DNA of 64,000 nt, taken from positions 1 to 64,000 of the forward strand of contig CAWFFU010000010.1 of the NCBI GenBank assembly GCA_963815215.1, read 5' to 3'. The notes beneath the pieces were generated by a model, which saw only the letters and a list, made by a program, of their open reading frames with translations, made no database searches and was not told the DNA's origin. Shown piece after piece: positions 59,297 to 64,000 of the stretch; position 1 is the stretch's first letter; every line of letters begins with the position of its first letter. This DNA is from an uncultured Trueperaceae bacterium. GTDB lineage: Bacteria; Deinococcota; Deinococci; Deinococcales; Trueperaceae. The translations under genes were made by a program, and so were the position numbers.

Positions 59297-59325
59297 TTGA
59301 CAAGGGTAAGCACCTGACCTATAGT
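59297..59325 (+). promoter_or_regulatory. Sigma70-type promoter of the FMN reductase gene
   Basis: TTGACA, 17-nt spacer, TATAGT. Confidence 0.75.
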
Positions 59326-59392
59326 TCGGTCCGTGACCGGCACCCCGTCGGAGGGTGCGGCCCCGACTCTCGTGCAAGGAGCACTACACTCC

Positions 59393-59989
59393 ATGAACAA
59401 GCCCCATATCGGCATCATCGTTGGGACGACGCGCGAGAAGCGCTTCGCCATGACCCCTTCAGTCTGGATCCGCGATATCGCGTCGCGGCGCGACGACATG
59501 ACGGTCGAGCTAGTCGACCTGCGCGATTACCCGATGCCCTTCTTCGACGAGCCCGCGTCGAACGCCCACACGGCGTCGCGCGACGAGGTCGCGCGGCGCT
59601 GGCAGGCCAAGGTGGGGTCGTTCGACGGCTTCGTCTTCGTCACCGCCGAGTACAACCACTCGATCTCGGCGGTCCTCAAGAACGCCCTGGACTATGCGGC
59701 GCCGGAGTGGCACCGCAAGCCCGCCGCGTACGTCGGCTACGGAGGCGTGGGGGCTGCCCGGGCCGTGGAGCACCTGCGCGGCATCCACGTGGAGCTCCAG
59801 ATGGCGCCGATGCGCACGGCCGTGCACATCGCCGGGGCGGACTTCATGGCGCTGCGCCGCGGCGACAAGGAACTGGCAGCGATGCCGCACCTGGCAGCCG
59901 GCGCCGAGGCCATGCTCGACCAGCTCGCATGGTGGGCGCAGGCGCTGAAGGCCGCGCGCCACGCGGACGGAGCGCTGGCCGCCGCCTGA
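59393..59989 (+). CDS. NADPH-dependent FMN reductase
   Basis: IIVGTTR, AEYNHSISAVLKNALD, GGVGAARAVEHLR. Confidence 0.9.
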   Translation: MNKPHIGIIVGTTREKRFAMTPSVWIRDIASRRDDMTVELVDLRDYPMPFFDEPASNAHTASRDEVARRWQAKVGSFDGFVFVTAEYNHSISAVLKNALDYAAPEWHRKPAAYVGYGGVGAARAVEHLRGIHVELQMAPMRTAVHIAGADFMALRRGDKELAAMPHLAAGAEAMLDQLAWWAQALKAARHADGALAAA

Positions 59990-60041
59990 GTGACCGCTCC
60001 TCGGAGGGTGACGCCGTGACACCCGCTCCGCGGTCGGCAGC

Positions 60042-62117
60042 TCACCAGGCGATCGGGCGGACCCGTTCGAACACGTAGCGGTCGGGTGGGCTGGTGAGCG
60101 TGAGGGTGGGAGCGCCTTCGGCGTCCTCGGTCAGGCTCAGCGGAAGCCCGGCCAGGGGTGGATCTGCAGCCAGATAGAGGACGCTGCCGTCGTCGGCCGT
60201 GTAGCGCCACAGGTCCGTCTTGAACTCACCAAGGTCGGCCACGAAGCGGCCATCGAGGAAGCTGAGCGTGAGGTCGCCGAGGGCCGCGTTGTGATAGGCG
60301 CCCAGGTGGGCGCTCACGGCGGCCGGATCGACGCGGGTGGATTCGTGCTCGGCCGCGCTCGCCAGGGCGTCGGCGGTCCGCTTCAGCGCGAAGTGGAAGT
60401 CGGCTGCGCCCGCGGCCGTGTCCTGGCCGAACGCCAGATCGATGACGCGGCGGATGACGGCCTCGTTGAAGACGTTGCTGGCGCGGGCGTTGGTGAGCAC
60501 GACCACGCCCAATCCCTTGTCCGGCAGGAGCGCCAGACCGGACGTGAAGCCGAAGGTGTTGCCGCCGTGCTCGATCTTGCGCAGCCCCTTGGTGTCGGTG
60601 ATCATCCACCCCAGGCCGTAGCTGGTGTCGGCGGAGACCTTCACCTGCGGCGTCCATAGGTGGTCCAGGGCGGCGGCGGAGACGATACGGCGGCCGTCGG
60701 GCGCTACCCCGCCCGCGAGCAGGGTGAGGAGGTAGCGGGCCATGTCGGGCGCCGTCGACCAGGTGGCGCCGGCCGGCGCCACGGGGTTGAGGAGGGCCTC
60801 CTCCGACAGCGCGATGGGCTGGCGTGCGCCACTCAGGGTCTGCCCGTGAGGGGTGGCGTAGTCACCGCGGGCCTCCACCTGGCGCGACGAGATGGTGGTG
60901 GCCCGCATGCCGATCGGGGTGAGCACGCGCGCCTGGAGGGCCGCGGCGTACCCCGGCAGCATGGCGTCCGGCCGTCCGCCCGCCGCGACGCCCGCCACGT
61001 AGCCGGCGGTCGCGACCATCTGGTTGGAGTACTGGAAGGTCTCGCCGAAGTCGGTGAAGAACTGGAAGTCGGCGAGCGAGCGCACTACGTCCTCCGCGCC
61101 GAGCGTGTGGGCGTTGAGGATGAACTCGTAGTCGCGGCGCGGGACTCCCGAGCAGGCGCACACCAGGTTCTGCATGGTGAGGGTCCGGCTGAGCTCCGGG
61201 TCGGCGACGCGGAAGCTCGGCAGGATGTCCGCCACCGGTGTGTCCCAGGCCATCAGGCCGTCGTCGACGAGCGTCGCCATCATCAGCGTGGTGAGCGACT
61301 TGCCGGTCGAGCCGATCATGAGCTGGGTGTCGAGCGTCATCGGTGCGCTCCGGCCGCTCTCCTTCACGCCGAAGGCGCGCTGGTAGGCGACGCGACCGTC
61401 CTGCACCACGGCGACCACGGCACCGGGAACGTCCGCCTCGGCCATGGCCCCGGGGACGAAGGCGTCCAGGTCCGCTGCGTCGGCTGCGCCCAGGGCGCGT
61501 GCCGGCGTCGAGGCGAGGTCGGTTCTGCTACGGGCCAGGATGTCGAAGCTGGAGACCAGCACCGCCACCTGCGCCTGGCGCCGCGCCAGCGCGTCCTGGG
61601 AGGCGTCCGCCATGACCGCATAGACGCGTCCTTGGAAGAGATAGCCGATGGCGAACACGACGCGGTCCTGAGGTGTCTTGTAGACGATCTGTGCGGCCTG
61701 CTCGATGCCACCGGAGACCGGCGGGTGCACCTCGTCGGCGACCTCGAGAACGAATCCGGGGAGGGCCAGCTGCCAGGCCTCGGCGATACCCGCGACGACC
61801 TCGTCGGCCGGCACGCTCACGAGCCAGGCGCGGAGTTCGCCGTCGGGGCCCGCGAGCGCCAGGGCGTCGCCCTGGTCCCAGCGCGACCAGCCGGCGGGGA
61901 CGGTCACCTCGAAGCCACGTTGCGCGTCCCGGTACGGCGTGTCGCCGGCTGCGACCTGTACGTCGCCGCGTCCCTCCTGCGCGTGCGCTGCCGGGGAGGC
62001 GGCGAGGCCGGCGCCGGTCAGGATCAGCGCGATCAACAGCCGGCGGAGGGAGGAAGGGCGCAGTGCGCGGCGCGCTCTCTGCCGCGCGCGCCCTCCGGGT
62101 GGGACTCGAGCTGTCAT
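60042..62117 (-). CDS. Secreted serine hydrolase with N-terminal extension
   Basis: IGSTGKS, FQYSN, HGGNTFGF; signal peptide ending AHAQ. Confidence 0.88.
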   Translation of the reverse strand: MTARVPPGGRARQRARRALRPSSLRRLLIALILTGAGLAASPAAHAQEGRGDVQVAAGDTPYRDAQRGFEVTVPAGWSRWDQGDALALAGPDGELRAWLVSVPADEVVAGIAEAWQLALPGFVLEVADEVHPPVSGGIEQAAQIVYKTPQDRVVFAIGYLFQGRVYAVMADASQDALARRQAQVAVLVSSFDILARSRTDLASTPARALGAADAADLDAFVPGAMAEADVPGAVVAVVQDGRVAYQRAFGVKESGRSAPMTLDTQLMIGSTGKSLTTLMMATLVDDGLMAWDTPVADILPSFRVADPELSRTLTMQNLVCACSGVPRRDYEFILNAHTLGAEDVVRSLADFQFFTDFGETFQYSNQMVATAGYVAGVAAGGRPDAMLPGYAAALQARVLTPIGMRATTISSRQVEARGDYATPHGQTLSGARQPIALSEEALLNPVAPAGATWSTAPDMARYLLTLLAGGVAPDGRRIVSAAALDHLWTPQVKVSADTSYGLGWMITDTKGLRKIEHGGNTFGFTSGLALLPDKGLGVVVLTNARASNVFNEAVIRRVIDLAFGQDTAAGAADFHFALKRTADALASAAEHESTRVDPAAVSAHLGAYHNAALGDLTLSFLDGRFVADLGEFKTDLWRYTADDGSVLYLAADPPLAGLPLSLTEDAEGAPTLTLTSPPDRYVFERVRPIAW

Positions 62118-62345
62118 GGGACCCCCTTCGGTGCCGGCGGGACGTCGTTCCCGCGTGTGGGCGGATGCACCCACTCGATGGGGCCGCGAGCTGGTCGCGG
62201 CCGCGGGTAAGGGTAGGGTCTGCGGAGCGGTCCGCGCCAGAGGCAGATGGCCCGTGCCGGGCGCGCCCGCGGCCGACCTCCGTGAGCCTCGGGATGGTGG
62301 CCGCGCACGATCCGGCCGGGCACTAGCTGGATCAGGTCCTGCTCT

Positions 62346-63245
62346 CTAGCCGCGGGTCTCGAGGTCGGTGAGCACCTCGCCGATGACGTGTCGGGCGCTT
62401 GCTGCGAGGGCCGGGTTGGTGTGCTCGTAGTACGGGAGCTGGATCAGGGCGACGGAGAGGGCCTGACCGCGGCCGCGCTTCCAGGTGTCGGGGTCGACGC
62501 CCAGGGCGGTGCGGTAGGTGTCCCGGGCGCCTGGCGGCAGGAGCGTCCAGGCGATGAGCATATCGGCGGACGGGTCACCGATGCCGGCGCTGCCGAAGTC
62601 GATGACGGCATCGAGGCGGCCGTTGTCGATGAGGAGGTTCCCGGGTGCGAGATCGCCGTGGATCCATACCGGCGGCCGGGGCCAGGGCGGAGTGGCAAGG
62701 GCATCGTCCCAGGCCGACACAACCCCTTGGATGTCCACCTTTCCGCGGAGTTGGGCGATGGCAGCGCGGGTCTCCGCATCCCGCTCGATGAGAGGCACGC
62801 CCCGTCCGCTTGGCGGCGCATGCGTGGTGTCGATCCGTCGAAGCGCGGTGACGAAGGTGGCCAGGTCGTGGGCGAGCGCCGTTGGGTTGGGGATGGCGCC
62901 GATGCTGGGGTTCTCCCCGTCGAGCCAGCGGTAGATCGACCACTGCCACGGGTAGCCCGTACCGGGGCGGCCCAGCGCCAGAGGCGTAGGTATGGCGACC
63001 GGGAGATGGGGGGCGAGTCTGGGCAGCCAGTGCTGCTCCTTCTCGACGTCGGCGGCGGCCCAGTGGATGCGTGGCAGCCGGATGAGCATGTCGTGACCGA
63101 GGCGGTAGAGCGCGTTGTCGGTGCCGGCGGAGGGGACCCGCGCGACGGGGAGCACCGCCAAGTGCGGGAACTGCTCTGCGAGGAGGCGCCGGACGAGCGC
63201 GTCATCGGTAGGGACTTCGTCGCTGTGCATCGTGGTCGGCGTCAC
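62346..63245 (-). CDS. Aminoglycoside phosphotransferase-family kinase
   Basis: GTDNALYRLG, WIHGDLAPGN, VIDFG. Confidence 0.9.
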   Translation of the reverse strand: MTPTTMHSDEVPTDDALVRRLLAEQFPHLAVLPVARVPSAGTDNALYRLGHDMLIRLPRIHWAAADVEKEQHWLPRLAPHLPVAIPTPLALGRPGTGYPWQWSIYRWLDGENPSIGAIPNPTALAHDLATFVTALRRIDTTHAPPSGRGVPLIERDAETRAAIAQLRGKVDIQGVVSAWDDALATPPWPRPPVWIHGDLAPGNLLIDNGRLDAVIDFGSAGIGDPSADMLIAWTLLPPGARDTYRTALGVDPDTWKRGRGQALSVALIQLPYYEHTNPALAASARHVIGEVLTDLETRG

Positions 63246-63350
63246 GGTGGGCCTCTCGTGGCGGCGCGCTCATGGGGCGTTCGCCTACCGTTGTCGGGGC
63301 GAAACGGCTGTGCCGCCGGTCGCTGCGATCGCCGCGTTGGCGTCACTCGA

Positions 63351-63968
63351 CTAGCGGTGCGACCAGTCGCTCGGATCGTCGGTTGCGCTGGGCGACAGGC
63401 CGAGCGTGTCCCCTTCGGTGGTGACCCCCAGGCCTAGCACGGTGCGGTTGGCGTACGCGAAGTAGGCGATCACCTGGTTCGCCTCCAGGATCTCGCCGTC
63501 GCTCATGCCCTCGGCGCGCATGGCGCTGACGACTCCTTCGTCGAGCTCGCCGGGGCGCAGCGTCAGCACCTCGGCGTAGCGCAGCATCGCCAGCTCGCGC
63601 CCGTCGAAGGCGTCCGCCGGCCGGCGCCGCCGCAGCGCCTCCAGGACGGTGTCGGCGCGGCCGTCGTCGTCGAGCAGGCGCCGCAGACCCGAGAAGTGGT
63701 GCTCGACGCAGTAATCGCAACCGTTGAGGAGACTGACGTAGACGCCGGCGGTCTCCAGCAGCCAGCGAGGCAGGGTGTTGCGGGCGTGGTGCAAGGTCGC
63801 TTTGTAGAGGGCCAGGTGCCCCTCCATGGTGTGCGGGCGCAGGCTGTGCGCCTGCATGATGTTATCGACGCTGCCGTCCGCGCCGCGGATGCGCCGGTAG
63901 AGCTCGGCCAGTCTGCCGGTGGCGTCCTCGAAGGGGATGGTCTCGATCCAGCGGATGGGGTGGCCCAT
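63351..63968 (-). CDS. Peroxidase-related AhpD/CMD-family protein
   Basis: VSLLNGCDYCVEHH, YFAYANR. Confidence 0.85.
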   Translation of the reverse strand: MGHPIRWIETIPFEDATGRLAELYRRIRGADGSVDNIMQAHSLRPHTMEGHLALYKATLHHARNTLPRWLLETAGVYVSLLNGCDYCVEHHFSGLRRLLDDDGRADTVLEALRRRRPADAFDGRELAMLRYAEVLTLRPGELDEGVVSAMRAEGMSDGEILEANQVIAYFAYANRTVLGLGVTTEGDTLGLSPSATDDPSDWSHR

Positions 63969-64000
63969 CCGGGACTCTACCGTGACCGGGATCACGAGCA

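Noticed and set aside
53063..63245. Calling the serine hydrolases and the APH-family kinase antibiotic resistance genes
   Set aside because: Only family-level motifs are visible; these families are mostly esterases, peptidases and kinases of unknown substrate

Overview
High-GC (about 68-70% by eye) bacterial chromosome segment; the gene content suggests Deinococcota/Trueperaceae-like (inference only). The dominant structure is not in the ORF track. An intact tRNA-Val(CAC) gene (994-1068) is followed by six more same-orientation copies of its 3' half, each starting exactly at the 7-nt anticodon loop (5108, 10019, 14647, 26759, 47778, 49605). They divide about 48.6 kb into six modules of 1.8-21 kb. 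The copies carry conserved flanks at fixed distances from the loop: a tandem 11-bp-period repeat TGACAGCCAATNGACAGCCAA at -136 (3 of 3 type-A left flanks) and at +113 (4 of 4 type-A right flanks, one degenerate, one truncated), and a co-varying terminator-like hairpin at +69. No integrase is recognisable in the window. This looks like an integrase-less, integron-like array of att-bounded cassettes accreted at the tRNA. Cargo includes large STAND-type regulators, a PAS/HD-GYP protein, ABC and RND transporters, TetR/MarR/Crp/ArsR regulators, a P1B-ATPase, PPK2, NHL-repeat lipoproteins and many deletion-scarred pseudogenes (hsdM, IS21, ndh, DsrE). Module 4 is further subdivided by IS30-family ends with no intact transposase. 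Beyond the last att copy lie an S8 protease, two serine hydrolases, an M16 peptidase and redox genes. All product calls come from motif recognition, not database searches.
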